NCBI GenBank assembly: GCA_030704615.1
Contig: CM060734.1
Coordinates: forward strand, 14,074,001 to 14,138,000
Source of the DNA: Takakia lepidozioides
Taxonomy: Eukaryota; Plantae; Bryophyta
Direction: 5' to 3'
Length of the DNA: 64,000 bases
Shown here: positions 24,551 to 36,516 of the stretch, in pieces
How positions within the stretch are numbered: the first letter of the stretch is position 1
Layout of the letters: every line of letters starts with the position of its first letter
The notes under the pieces: generated by a model
Told to the model about the DNA's origin: nothing
The model's database searches: none
Seen by the model: the letters and a program-made list of their open reading frames with translations, nothing else
Translations under genes and position numbers: made by a program

Positions 24551-27500
24551 ATGGCTCCGAATTCCTACGCTATAGTTTGCTGTCCTCCGCAACTTGGGAG
24601 AGCCTGGATCCCAAACGAGGGAGGACTTTGCAGAGTGACTGAAACTACCTTTGTTCCAAATTCAAGCTCAAAACCGGGCACAGTTTATTTGGAAGAAGAA
24701 AGGAAGGATGTTCCTGGACAGGTTGACGAGACCATTGTCGTGCTAGGTAACGACGGAGGTTGCGGAATCGAATGGCACGATCCCCATCAGACACCATCCT
24801 GTACCGAGCTGTGGGAATGCCCATTCCCTTTCCGAATCAGTCGCTGCCCACACCATCCACAAAGGAGTCCGGAAACCGAGAGGCGGCCACTGCCAACAAA
24901 GAGGTATGCAACGATAATCATTCCCGACCTAGACCGTCAAGACCCTCCATAGCTTCTCGTGTGGACATATTCGACATTTCCGACGAGGAAGATGATTGCA
25001 TTGAGGTACCCATGTCCTCCACACGGTCGTTCAAATCCGGCATGGACGTCTCTGTCGGTGCTACGCATGTGCCCTCGAGCATAACTCAAACCCGGTCCAT
25101 TGTGCAGCTCCTACGACAACATCACCTCGATGGTTCTCGCTCCGAACTGGCTGCTCTCGACTATGCCAAATTTCCAGTCAGAAAGAAGGTAACGTTTCTG
25201 CCTCCCGAAGTCGATGGCAATGTCATCTTCGAGTTTCCACCTGTTTCTTCGTCAAACAAAGCCTCCGGGATGTTAACAGACATGGATCGAAAGCATGACG
25301 GACACCCTTGGTGTTGTGACGAAGACCAGTAGCACGAAAATTGCTGATGGTGTTCGTGTACGATATGTCCTCTGTGCGGGGAAGCTGAGGTGCCTCAATC
25401 CCACCTGCTTCCACTTTTCTCCCAAATGAGGGCGGAGAAACGAGACGGATTGGACTGGCACAACGCATCATCCATTCATTGTCTCCAGCCAAGCTCCTGC
25501 GAGTTCTTTCAAGTGTGCACATTGCAAAGATCCACCGACGTGCATGTCCATGTGCAGAGCCAAGCAATATTACGTTATCCATTTGCTCCCGGACTTGACT
25601 AGAGCTTGCATACACGTTGGGGTCCACTGCCCACCCCTGGCGAGAGGCAACATGCGTGAGGTTGTGCAGGAAGCACACGACATCATAAAAGAGGAGGTGA
25701 AATTGAGCCCCGGAGCCAGACCAAAGCAGATTCAGCTGAAGCAGCCCACAAGATTGCTCTTGGCAAAATCATGTCTGAAGATGGTTCCGACCGAGAGCCC
25801 TTGACCGAAGACGAGATGCGTGACCTCTTGGAGTCCGTCTCGCACGTTTGTAGTCCGAATGTGCGGAATCACATCGTATCTTGCAAGCAGGAGTTCGGCA
25901 GGGGTCGGACATGTACTCAATCCTGGAGGTGAAACGAATGACTGGATATGACTACATCCAAGGTAGCAGGTTTCCAGGGCAAGGCAGCAATCCGATCGTT
26001 GTTACATTTTCAAAATGTCGACGTGTGGGGCCTGGGAGTGGAGTCGACTTGGTCACTCGCATGACAACTGGAAACTTGTCGAATGCTTGGGTGATGTTTG
26101 ATCACATCAAGCGAATTACAAACCATCAGTGGGTGACTATGGGTACGCATATTTATGACTATCACTCCAAGAGGCTCATGACGATTGCAATCTGCGAGAT
26201 GAAAGGGGAGGACACACAGTCCGAGATGCATCTGTGGGAGGGCATAAACGAACAGATGGCAAGGGCGGGATTGCCAGAGCCCAATTTCAGGGGACTCATG
26301 GCAGACAACGCTCAGGCCAACTGGGCAGCGGTGCGGCGTGTGTACGGTGAGGACCCCAATGTTCCAATGGAGGGGAAAGAGAGATCTTGTGGATTCCATT
26401 GGATGCAGAGTCTATCCCACTACACTACCAAATTTTGTTGCTAGCTCATTCCAGGCTGAACACCGTGTCCTTTGTACGGCGTGGAAGGATGCACCCACAT
26501 TTGATGACGCGGAGGTTAAGTTTTGCTATCATCGAGGCTTGGTGGAACACGTCAAGTGCAGTGGAGACAACCAATCTGGGAGCATTGCACAGCTGGTTGG
26601 GTGGTGGCATTTTCGGTATCGACAGTTCGGACAGTAAATGCGGGAGGTAGGCTGCTGTCAATTTCGTTCATTTGTCTTTCTGTTACGGACATTTCGATTG
26701 GTCCCTCACCATTGTTTGTGTCCTTCTAGGAGCGGTGCTTGGATTCCGACACGGACATGCCGAACACGAAATATGGCAGAATCGGTCCACTCCTCCTGGC
26801 GAGCGTCTTCTGCCGCACATCTGGTGGACGAGTGACGGCCACAACGGAGGACATCGACAGAGCAATCATGCAGCAAGCCACATACTACAAGTTCCTGAGC
26901 GGCAAACAATGGGGCTTTGGGCCGGACAGGGACGAATTGTTGGTACGAACAGCTTCGAGGTCCAAGAATCCAGTGAAATGGGCGACAGCATTGCGAGAGA
27001 AGATCAAAGGGACGCCTCTGCACCGCAGAGGTGAACACCTAGAGGGGACGTCCGGACTCGCCCTGTCAGGCGGAGGATTGAAGAGGAACCCGGGTGCGAA
27101 GAGGATTCCTGGAGATCCAACAGGAACATTCGGACAGCACCTCGAGGTCCCGTCATGTTGCCGCACAATGTGTCTTCCAGCAGTGGAAGCCCAAGAAATT
27201 CCAGATCGCCGTCGCCTTCAACCGGGGATTTCGTGCAAAAAATTCCCACCGCTCCCTTGCCCTAGATTCCGCTCGCTGTTATGCAGTATGGCCAAGCCAT
27301 TGTGGAGACGACTGTGTCTGCCTCACAGTGGAGAATTGCTCGCACAAAGCCGTCGTTTCGAGGAAGGTGTTCCGCAATTCGTGTGGATACACGGCAACGT
27401 TGTTTAGAGATGATAAGGAGGAATCCAGATGGGGCTGTCCCTGCTCCTACTTTACAGGAAGATTTGTCCATACAAAGTTTGCAGAGGCGACAACCACCCA

Positions 27501-28158
27501 GTTCTGGTTCTGCAGGCACGACATTATGACTTGCGTGTATGGAAAGCCCAAGTACGGCATACAAACAATGCCAGAGGCTCCCCCGGTGTGGCCGGTGGAA
27601 CCAGGCTGCGATCTGAGTCAGGTTGAGGCCGACGCCCTTACCGCCGCAGGATTTCGGATGGTGCAACGCACTGACGTCCCCAGAGAACCATTTCCGCTTC
27701 CACAGCCTCCACCACCGACCCCTGTGAGAGCAAGAACAATGGGACACGACAGCTCTAAGCATCCTACACACCGTTGGGGGAAACCGAAGAGGCGGCGACC
27801 TCCCTCAAAAGTGAACGAGACAAGGATGGGGAATGCACTTCGGATGAACTGTACAATCCAGAACTCGACAGAAGTGCCCCCACCAGGATTCGGGCGTGTG
27901 TATCAGATGGCCACGGCGGGCTCAGCTGTTCGCAATGAGGTGTACACCATCACCATTTCAGAATTACCCACCTGCAATTGCACCGACCTCCAGATCATGG
28001 CGAACAAGGGGGCATCATACTGCCCTTGCAAGCATTTGTACTACGTGTACCTAAAGAGACTCCGTTGTAATTCCACAACTCATCACTTCATACATGCACC
28101 AGGGTTGAGCCCCCAGGAGGTTCACACTCTTCTGAATATGGATCCAGGGGACCAGTGA
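24551..28158 (+). pseudogene. Mutator-like transposase, right copy (frameshifts, in-frame TAA at ~26635)
   Basis: Same motifs as the left copy. Intron GT26647..AG26729 joins MRE to ERCLDSDTDMPNT. Confidence 0.8.
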
Positions 28159-29010
28159 GCTTGGCTTGCGGTCCCCATACAATGGTACGCCCATCCTTTT
28201 CGGATAGTAGAACTGTACTGCTGCCAGTACCTCAGACTCTGGCCACAGAAAGGTCCGACATATGTCTTGCCTACCAGTAACCTGTTTTGCTCGAACTAAG
28301 ATATTACTATATCGTTCACTTGTTTCCACGTGCATGTATTTTTGTATGTTGGAGGGTTCATGTTTTTCTGCTTTCCGAAATCTTGCTTTCCTCATTCGAC
28401 CTCCGACAAGGAAATGCGGCGCCGCATTTCCAAGTATCGTCGTAGGTACTGGTAGAGGCGACCTTCGCCAACACCAAACCGCTCCGAAATTTTGCACGTG
28501 CGAACCCTAATGCGGCACCTTATTTCCCAATTTAGTTGCAAACCTTTCCCGCCGAATACCCGAAGAAGACAAAATTGTGAAGTACTGCAGACTGTATTGG
28601 TGCAGACTCCATTGGTTCAATCGCGGCAAAAGGGTCAGCTTCATTCCAATGTTAAGGCATGTAAAACCGCGGAATACTCTATACAGGCCAGTATGCGACG
28701 TCCTTTTGCAGTGGTATACTGGATTTCCCGTTGCACGGTCACTTATTTCCATGAGCGGATCTATAAAACCATGAGCGGACTTGTTACTGACGACATATCT
28801 TCGCCGCATTACATGATCTGGAACGTCCAAAAACGGCAAGGTCAAATAAAAAACTATTATTTTAATACTTGTTTAATCTGCCGCATTTCCAAATTTGGAG
28901 GAGTCCGCTCATGAAATCCGCGTATCTTAGACTTCGTCTCACCGCTCATGCGGCTCATGCGGCTCATGGCTCATGGCTCATGGTTTCTGCTCATGAAATA
29001 GTAAACCTCC

Positions 29011-29960
29011 TTGTTTGGCGGGATCAGCACCGGGTTGGCTGTTGTTCTACAAGCAGGTGTACGAGTACGGCGTTACTTGTATGTGGAGAGGGATGAGACC
29101 GCACGATGCGTCTCACTCCGTCATGTTGCTCAGTTGGTGCAGCAGTACCCTGAGTTGTTGTCGGCGTCTGCAGTTCGTGGATATCAACAGGCCTTGCCAG
29201 CAGACATATCTTTGTTGGGGGCGCAGGATTTGGAGCGGGTTGGCTCCATTGATTTGGTAGTGGCAGGTTGGCCCTGCCCAGGGCATTCATCAGCCGGGCA
29301 TGGCAATGGATTGCGAGACTCGAGGTCGGGTCTGTTTTGGGAGATAGTGCGGGTTTTGCGCAACTTACAGCTTCAGCAGGCTGTATCTCCAGCATACATC
29401 TTGGAGAATGTGCCACTGCTGGGCGATTCTCAGGCCAGGGTGATGGCCAGTGTGCATCAAGTCCGGTCGTGGCTTGGTCAGCAGTGTTGCTAGATGCAGC
29501 TTAAGTGGGGTCACGGGCTCATCGTCCACGGCTATGGTGGACTAACTTGATGCCACCCGCACTGCTCAAGCGTGCATTTGATGGGATGCAGCGACCAGCA
29601 CACCTCACAGTTGATAGCATCTTGGACACGGGGAGGCAGTCTCAGGGTGTGAGACACGATGACTGTCCGCCTTTGGTAGTGGTCAACAAGGTAGGTTGAC
29701 CACGAGCAGCACTACCTACACTGCTCAGCTTCCCAGGATCGCATGCTTTCCGGGATAGTGGACCTGGCCTCATGTGGGATGCTCAGTTGCAGCAGTTAGT
29801 GGAGCCTAATGCCGACAAGCAAGAGCGGGCTATGGGTTTTTCCACTAGGACCACGGCGGTACCTTCTCTTTCTGAGGCATCACGTCGTCAGGTGTTGGGG
29901 CAAGCGATGGATCTAAATTGCTTGACATGGGTTATCAGCTTGGCTATGGCTGAGCAACGT
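29011..29960 (+). pseudogene. C5-cytosine DNA methyltransferase domain (DNMT3-like motif layout) in the retrotransposon polyprotein
   Basis: Motif I LFGGI; II YVERD; III ADI; IV DLVVAGWPC with the catalytic Cys (~29266-29277); V SGLFWE; VI ILENV; VIII GSRAHRPRLWWTNL; IX-X ERAMGF...RRQVLGQAM. One frameshift near 29480 and premature stops. Confidence 0.9.
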
Positions 29961-30349
29961 AGAGTGCGGAGTGCACTTCCCTTGACGGTCTCTCTACCTA
30001 CCGAGACGGTACAGGCAGTGAGTGGGAGCGAGCCGGCGAGGACCACGGGGTGTAGACATCCATGGCACACGTGGGAGGTGCTCGAGGTTCAGAGGGAGTT
30101 AGCAGCCAAGGCGGCTGTGATGGATGAGGTTGGGGATTCTTCTCGGGTTGAGGAGGTCTTCAAGGATGAGATGATGGGGCAGGATGAGGCTTTGTCATTG
30201 ACTGAGCAGGCAGGGAGAACTGCTCATGAGATTGCGGCATAGTAACCACGGGACGGGTCCTCTACCTCTAAGTCTGCTGGACTTAAGGTTGCAGTTACGG
30301 AGGACAATTGGGAGCCTGACATTGGATCCATTGTCGCTGGAGGAGAAAG

Positions 30350-33337
30350 ACGACGTATACGGCAGTTCCTAAGGGCTTACAGGAATTGCTTTTCCTTCAG
30401 TTTGAAGGATTTGGGAGCACTGAAGGGTCAGGAGATTCGTATTGAGTTGGCCACAGACACGCCAATCTTTCGGAGACCCTATAGATACAGTGACATGGAG
30501 AGGTCTTTGATTCAGATGAGGACTCAAGATCTCTGGGAGGCTGGTTTGGTGGAGCTCTCTGGTGGAGAGTATGCTTCAGCCACGGTGATGCCAGCCAAGA
30601 AGGATGTCTATGGCAATTGGATGGAGAGACGTATGTGCGGTGACTACCGGCCTGTAAATCGTCAGACCAAGTCCGATAAGTATGCCATGCCCACACCTGA
30701 GGAGATCTTTGATGCCATTGGGCATGCCAAGGTCTTTAGCACTTTGGACTTGCGGTCCAGATATCACCAGTTGCCAATCAAGGAGGCGAACAAGCAGAAG
30801 ACGACATTCTGGGGGATCAATGAGCACAGGAAGGATTGTCTATATCAGTGGCAGTTCTTACCATTCGGGCTTAAGAACGCTCCTGTAGAGTTCCAGAGAG
30901 TTATGGACAGGATTCTAGCAGGGGTAGACTTTGCTCGGTGCTACATAGATGACATCATCTGTGGATCTGATCAAGTAGAGATGCGTAATTTGAGAAAGAT
31001 TAGAGACGTGAGAGCCAAGATTCGCTCGGGGGACGTTTTTTTTGGCTGGTAGTTTTCTGGGCGCAAAGCGCGCTCGGTTGACTTTACGTCTTCTGGCGCA
31101 TCTTTAGTGCTACGGTGGAGGAGCATGAGAGACACCTTTAGGTGGTGTTTGAGCGCTTGAGAGCGCACGGATTGACATCCGGGGAAGTGCAAGTTCTTCC
31201 ACAACCAGATTGAGTATCTGGGCCACATGATATATCCTGAAGGATTGAGGGTGCAGCAGACTAAGGTAGAGGCCATCGCACAGATTCCACGTCCCACGGA
31301 TGTGAGCCGAGTTCGAGACGGTTTGTCAAGGGATTTAGTGCTATTGCAAAGGCTCTAACGAAGCTGACCAAGGTAGATCAGGAGTGGCAGTGGGAAGATG
31401 AGCAAGAGCGAGCTTTTCAGGAGCTCAAGGCGAGGTTGACCTCGGCGCTGATTTTGAGACGACCTATCAGGGGGCGTCCCTTTCAGGTGCATATAGATTG
31501 GAGCATGTTGGGGCTTGGAGCGGTGCTCACACAGGTGAATGATGAAGGAAGAGAGTTCGTAGTGGCTTATGCTAGCCGCTCAAACAACGCTGCAGAGTCT
31601 AAGTATAGCTCATATGAGGGGGAGTGCTTAGCTGCAGTGTGGGCCGTGGCACACTTCAGGTGCTATCTATATGGCAATCTCTTCACCCTTGTCATGGATC
31701 ACCAGCCACTCAAGTGGTTGATGGAGTCAAACAAGCTTACGGGGAAGCTTGCACGGTGGGCACTTATACTCCAAGAGTATGACTTTCAGGTTGTGCATCG
31801 ATCGGGTTTGGTCAATAGGGATGCGGATGGATTGAGTTGCAATCCATGCACGAGCCAGCAGGATGACAATGGAGCTCGGTGGCATGGTGAGACGGACGAG
31901 GAGATGGTGTTGGGATGGCATGCATCTGCCTTTTTGTGTATCTTGGCATCGGGAGGTCAGATTGGACCTACAACATGGATGACTGTAGACGGAGTGTCTG
32001 AGGACCCTGAGGCTAGTGATGAGCCAGGTGGTGCCAGAGATATACATGAGGATTCGGTTGTGTTGGACTACCTCCGCACTGGAGATACGACAGCTAGTAT
32101 GACTGCCAAGGAGAGGGATCGGATCTTGCAACGAGCCAAGAGGTTCAAGTGGGAGGGGATACACCTGCTTCGAGTGTGGGAGGATGGTCGGGTGAGGATT
32201 GTGCCTCACCCAACACAGCGTGCACGGTTAGTGCGGCATGCCCATGAGGAGTTGGGGCATTTTGGAGTGCGACGCACTCATAGTTTACTGTAGGGGCAGT
32301 ATTGGTGGCGTGGTATGCACACAGAGGTGCAACAGTTCGTGGCTAGGTGCATGGTGTGTGACAGGGTGCGTGCTTCATTCAACACCCCTACACCACAGTT
32401 GCATCCATTACCCATCACGGGATTGGGCTACAGGTGGAGTCTTGACTTCGCAGGGCCGTTGCCACTAACAATGCGCCACCACAGATATGTGTTGGTGATG
32501 GTGGAGCACTTCTCCAAGTGGATTGAGTTGGCTCCATTGCCTGACAAGGCTAGTGAGGGGGCTGCATATGCATTCCTGGATCGTGTGCTTAGCCGATTTG
32601 GTGCTCCAGTTGAGGTACTCACGGACCAAGGAAGAGAATTCTTGGGGGAGTTTCAGGCTTTGTGTGATAAAGCCTTGATAGACCACCGTACCACTTCTCG
32701 GGATCATCCCGAGGCCGATGGCTTGGCAGAGAGAGTGGTTCAGACAGTGAAAAAGGGTTTGCGCAAGTATGGCTTGCAAAAGGGACACCTAGGAGATTGG
32801 GATCTTCAGGTACCTTGGCTAGCCATGGGCTACAGGTTTAGCAAGCAAACATCACTTGCCTCCTTCTCACCATATTTCCTTCTCTTTGGCTGAGAGCCAG
32901 ATTTGCCTGCGTCTATTCGCAGGGAGGCTGCAATAGTCCTCAACCTTGATGATCCAGATGTGTGGACACAAGCATGTGCCCAGCGGGCAGAGTTGTTCCA
33001 TAGAGTCATGCCTATGGCTTTTGAGAATCTTGCTATTGCCCAACACCGAGATACATTGAGGTATGCCACTATACGTGGAGGGGGATATCGGCCAGGTGTT
33101 CGGCGTTTCCACCCTGGGGACTATGTGTATCTGCAGCAGACAGCGCCTACGACCTTGGATGTCACAGTAGGACGTGTGATTCTAAGGGTCAGGGAGGTGT
33201 TGCCTTCAGGAGTGTTGATTCTGGAGGGTCGAGATGGCATGGTATGGAAGGACCATGTGCATAATTGTGCGCCATGTCACCTTCCACATGTGGATGGGAG
33301 GATGGATCCCACCCTTGCAGTGGTACTTGAAGGGTTG
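30350..33337 (+). pseudogene. RT, RNase H and integrase of the DNMT-Gypsy element
   Basis: Motifs as above. Stops at 32291 and 32891. A 140-bp foreign insert at 30960-31099 follows YIDDII. Confidence 0.92.
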
Positions 33338-35439
33338 TGTAGTGTGAAAAGAAGGGGCGTGAATCCCCTTCTGTATAATTCTAATTGTGCTCCCCTCCAT
33401 TCTAAGCGGAGCAAAAGAAAGATACGTTCTTCTAGTCTGTCCAACTGTCGTCACTTGGCTATGGGTTTCCCTCAGGTCCTTCGTGATCAGAGTTCAAGCA
33501 ATCCTCATCCACGCTGCAGCGGAAGAGAAGACATGGATGGGGAGTCAATTTGTTGTTCACTCTTGGTTCTACCTTTTACACAACATCCCCTACCTGCAGG
33601 TACAGCACCAGCCATGCTGCCATGATGTATTCAGCGATGCAATCAGCCCTATGTCAGTGATGAAACACAATCAGCCCTATGTCAGTGATGAAACCCTGCC
33701 CTTGTGGGCAGTTCCCTTGGTCAGCAACACGTCGGAAGCCCCCTTTTGTAATGAGATCACGGTCTATGTGGATGGGCAGCTCAGATCTGCCATGGACTGC
33801 AGGCCCACTAGTTTGACCATTCAGGGTTCATGTCTTCTTGACCTTACCTCTCCTTTTTATCCATCTCTCATCACCCTTTCTCCCTCTTTCACTTTTTCTT
33901 TCTCTCACTCTCTTTTTCTCCTTTGTGTGTGATTCCCTCACTTTTCCACAACAACACGTCTACAATGCAATGCACATCCAGCCAGGCATCCAGTGCTTCC
34001 ATCATTGAAGTCAACCTCTGTCACACGAGATATGATCTGCCCTTCCGTCCTTCTCTCTCTCTCTCTCTCTCTCCAATGACTGGTCCTTGCTCTGCCCTTC
34101 TCTAGTGGATGCATTTGGCCAAGGTGCTTCACAACCCTTCTACAGATCTCAAATCACACCCCTTGTCAGCTCTCTTTTTCTCCTCAACTGCGAACTTCAG
34201 TCATTCATATGTTTGGAACACCTCTACAAATCAGATCCACACCCCAAAACAGTATTGACCTTCCTTCCCATCCACATCATCCCTTCTCAAGGTTCTAGCA
34301 TCCAGGACCGCCTTGTTTTGCTGGCTGAAGACACAAAAAATAAGGAAAAGGAACACAACAACAACAACCATCCTAACCCTGAGATGAGATATCCCTGTCC
34401 CCTCTCATTTTCCTAATGACAGTGAAACAACAGGTGCATCCATCTCCACACCATCTTGGTTTGAATTCCAGTGCCTTCATTCCATTCTCCAAAAGCTCTC
34501 TACTCCTCACATTTCTGTCCCTTTCTATAGAAACAAGAGACAGTTCCAAAAACTTCACACAGTCATTCCTAAGTGCCAAAAAAAGGAAGCCAACACTCTT
34601 CGAACTTATCTGTCTTATACTCATTGAAGCGGTGGGTCTGCCTGTCAAGAAGGCACCTTGTCATCTCCCTCGTCAGCCATTTCTGACGTTTCTTCTTATC
34701 GTGATTCCAGTCCTCATTAAGGCATGACGGCTCTGCTTCAGCTGTTGGCACATCCTTGTGCCTGCCAACCTCTACCCTATCCTTCTTCATGTGCATTTCT
34801 TCCCTATGAAGTGATCTGGTCCTACAGCTCTAAAACAGACAGCAGCTACAAGATTTGATCATAGACAACCTGAGGCGCTATACACACCAGCCTGCACTTC
34901 TCATCCCCCAACACCTGCTGAGCCGCTCTATCTCCTCATTAATGTGCTCATCAAGACAATGGCGACAGCAGTGGTGCACCGCCCTTATCACAAACCTGAT
35001 CCCTCAGGTTTGATCATTGCTTACGTAGAAGGCGGCACCGCTTCTTCTTGCACAGAAAGCCAAGCAGGAGCTCTTAACGTTTCTCTTTAAAGCAAGCTGA
35101 TACCCTTTGCGTAGGTGGAACTTTCTCAGATATCCTGTGCTGCCAACACCACTGCAGCAGCTGCGAAAAGATGCACGCACTCTTCCCCTTCGAATTTCAC
35201 ATCCTGCTTCTAGGGTTCAACATCATGGATGAAAATCATTCATCCTAGGGATGAAAAAGGTGCATGTCATAACTTAGCCATATTTTGTTCTTGGCAGATC
35301 AATAGCATAGTTTTTCCATGGAATTACCTCAAGTTATGGACAATTCCTCCCCTTCATTAGCACGAAGGGCACTCCCTTTGTAGTAGTGCCGAAACCTGAT
35401 GCCAACCTTTCACTGTTACTCCCCTGCATTCACACTACA
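33338..35439. mobile_element. 2.1-kb solo LTR or non-autonomous insertion
   Basis: Perfect 11-bp terminal inverted repeats TGTAGTGTGAA...TTCACACTACA and a 4-bp TSD GTTG (33334-33337 / 35440-35443). Removing it restores the reading frame VVLEGLRCMLCG. Confidence 0.88.
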
Positions 35440-35440
35440 G

Positions 35441-35590
35441 TTGCGTTGCATGCTATGTGGGCATGCTCGTGGTGCCGCCACTATGCTGGTGTAGGATCGA
35501 TGCTCAAGAGGATGGCACATGGGATGCTTGACACCACCTCTTAAGAGGGTTCCTGATGGAGATTGGTTATATCCACACTGCTTGGGATAG
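35441..35590 (+). pseudogene. PHD finger at the integrase C-terminus
   Basis: LRCMLCGHARGAATMLV*DRCSRGWHMGCLTPPLKRVPDGDWLYPHC fits the canonical C4HC3 pattern with two ligands mutated. Not in the supplied ORF track. Confidence 0.88.
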
Positions 35591-35850
35591 TGACAGTGGA
35601 TATAACTAGTGGCAACTAACAAGACATGGGAGGCCAAGCTCATAGGAGTCAATACCCGAGATCTCAGGCTCAAGTTCACAGGTTGCAAGACGGCGACTAA
35701 CCATGGGGCAACTCTTGTACCCGGCCTCTTGATCTATCGAGTTTGAGTGTAGTAGGGACAGTGGTGGAGGACTTAGTGAGGCTATGGCCACTATCACATC
35801 TTGTGGCTACCTGGACTTAGAGGGACCTAAGCGCCAGCTAAGGGGGCGAT

Positions 35851-36516
35851 TGTGATGGACTAGTGGCTGCACTAGTGGTGGCTAGTGGCAGCCTAATGAT
35901 GGACTAGTGGCTGCACTAGTGGTGGCTAGTGGCAGACTAGTGGTGGACTAGTGGCTGTACTAGTAGTGGCTAGTGGTTGTCTAGTGGTAGCCTAGTGGTG
36001 GACTAGTGATAACTAGTGTTTGGTGTGCACATGTGTTGTGTGGTTTTGGACAGCAATGTAGTTGTGTAGCGATATGTATGCGCACGACAGCTGTCAAGTT
36101 ATTTTACCACTAGTGTGAAATTAGCTAGGAAATAGCTAGCTTTTATATATTGACATTTGGAATTGACCCGAGTGTCAATCCAGGGGCCAATATATGTTTG
36201 GGCACCTGACGTTGTTATCTTCACGACAGATCGCGGTGGGCTCATCTTTATCGAGTTGAGCCTCACCGCGTCTAGCTATGGCGCCGTAGTGTGGATTCCC
36301 CATGGCGTGGGGTGCACTTGGCTCGACTTAATATATGAGTGATGTTTTCATATTGTGATGGACTAGTGGCTGCACTAGTGGTGGCTAGTGGTTGTCTAGT
36401 GGTAGCCTAGTGGTGCACTAGTGGTGGACTAGTAATAAACTAGTGTTTGGTGTGCACATGTGTTGTGTGGTTTTGGACAGCGATGTAGTTGTGTAGCGAT
36501 ATGTATGCGCACGACA
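35851..36516 (+). repeat. Two LTR-like direct repeats (35851-36089 and 36354-36516) containing a CTAGTGG minisatellite
   Basis: Both begin TGTGATGGACTAGTGGCTGC and end GTATGCGCACGACA. The first follows a polypurine tract. Confidence 0.75.

Larger units (their letters stand above)
16778..29010. mobile_element. 12.2-kb spacer-less inverted duplication of a Mutator-like DNA transposon half
   Basis: Termini GGAGGTTTACTATTTCATGAGC (16778) and GCTCATGAAATAGTAAACCTCC (29010). The arms (~6.13 and ~6.10 kb) mirror each other. The axis is at 22911/22912 inside GGAAATGCGGC|GCCGCATTTCC. Subterminal CATGAGC repeats. Confidence 0.93.
29011..36516 (+). mobile_element. Non-chromovirus Ty3/Gypsy element encoding DNMT-RT-RNaseH-INT-PHD; 5' part removed at the palindrome end
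   Basis: Colinear, same-strand C5-MTase, RT (RMCGDYRPVN, LPFGLKNAP, YIDD), RNase H (VAYASRS, EGECLA), integrase (SLDF, TDQG, GLAER) and PHD, then AAGGGGGCGAT followed by TG-starting LTR-like repeats. Confidence 0.88.

Noticed and set aside
16778-29010. Pure fold-back sequencing chimera
   Set aside because: Symmetry stops exactly at the element termini with different flanks, and the arms carry substitutions and a multi-base indel. Not fully excluded without reads.
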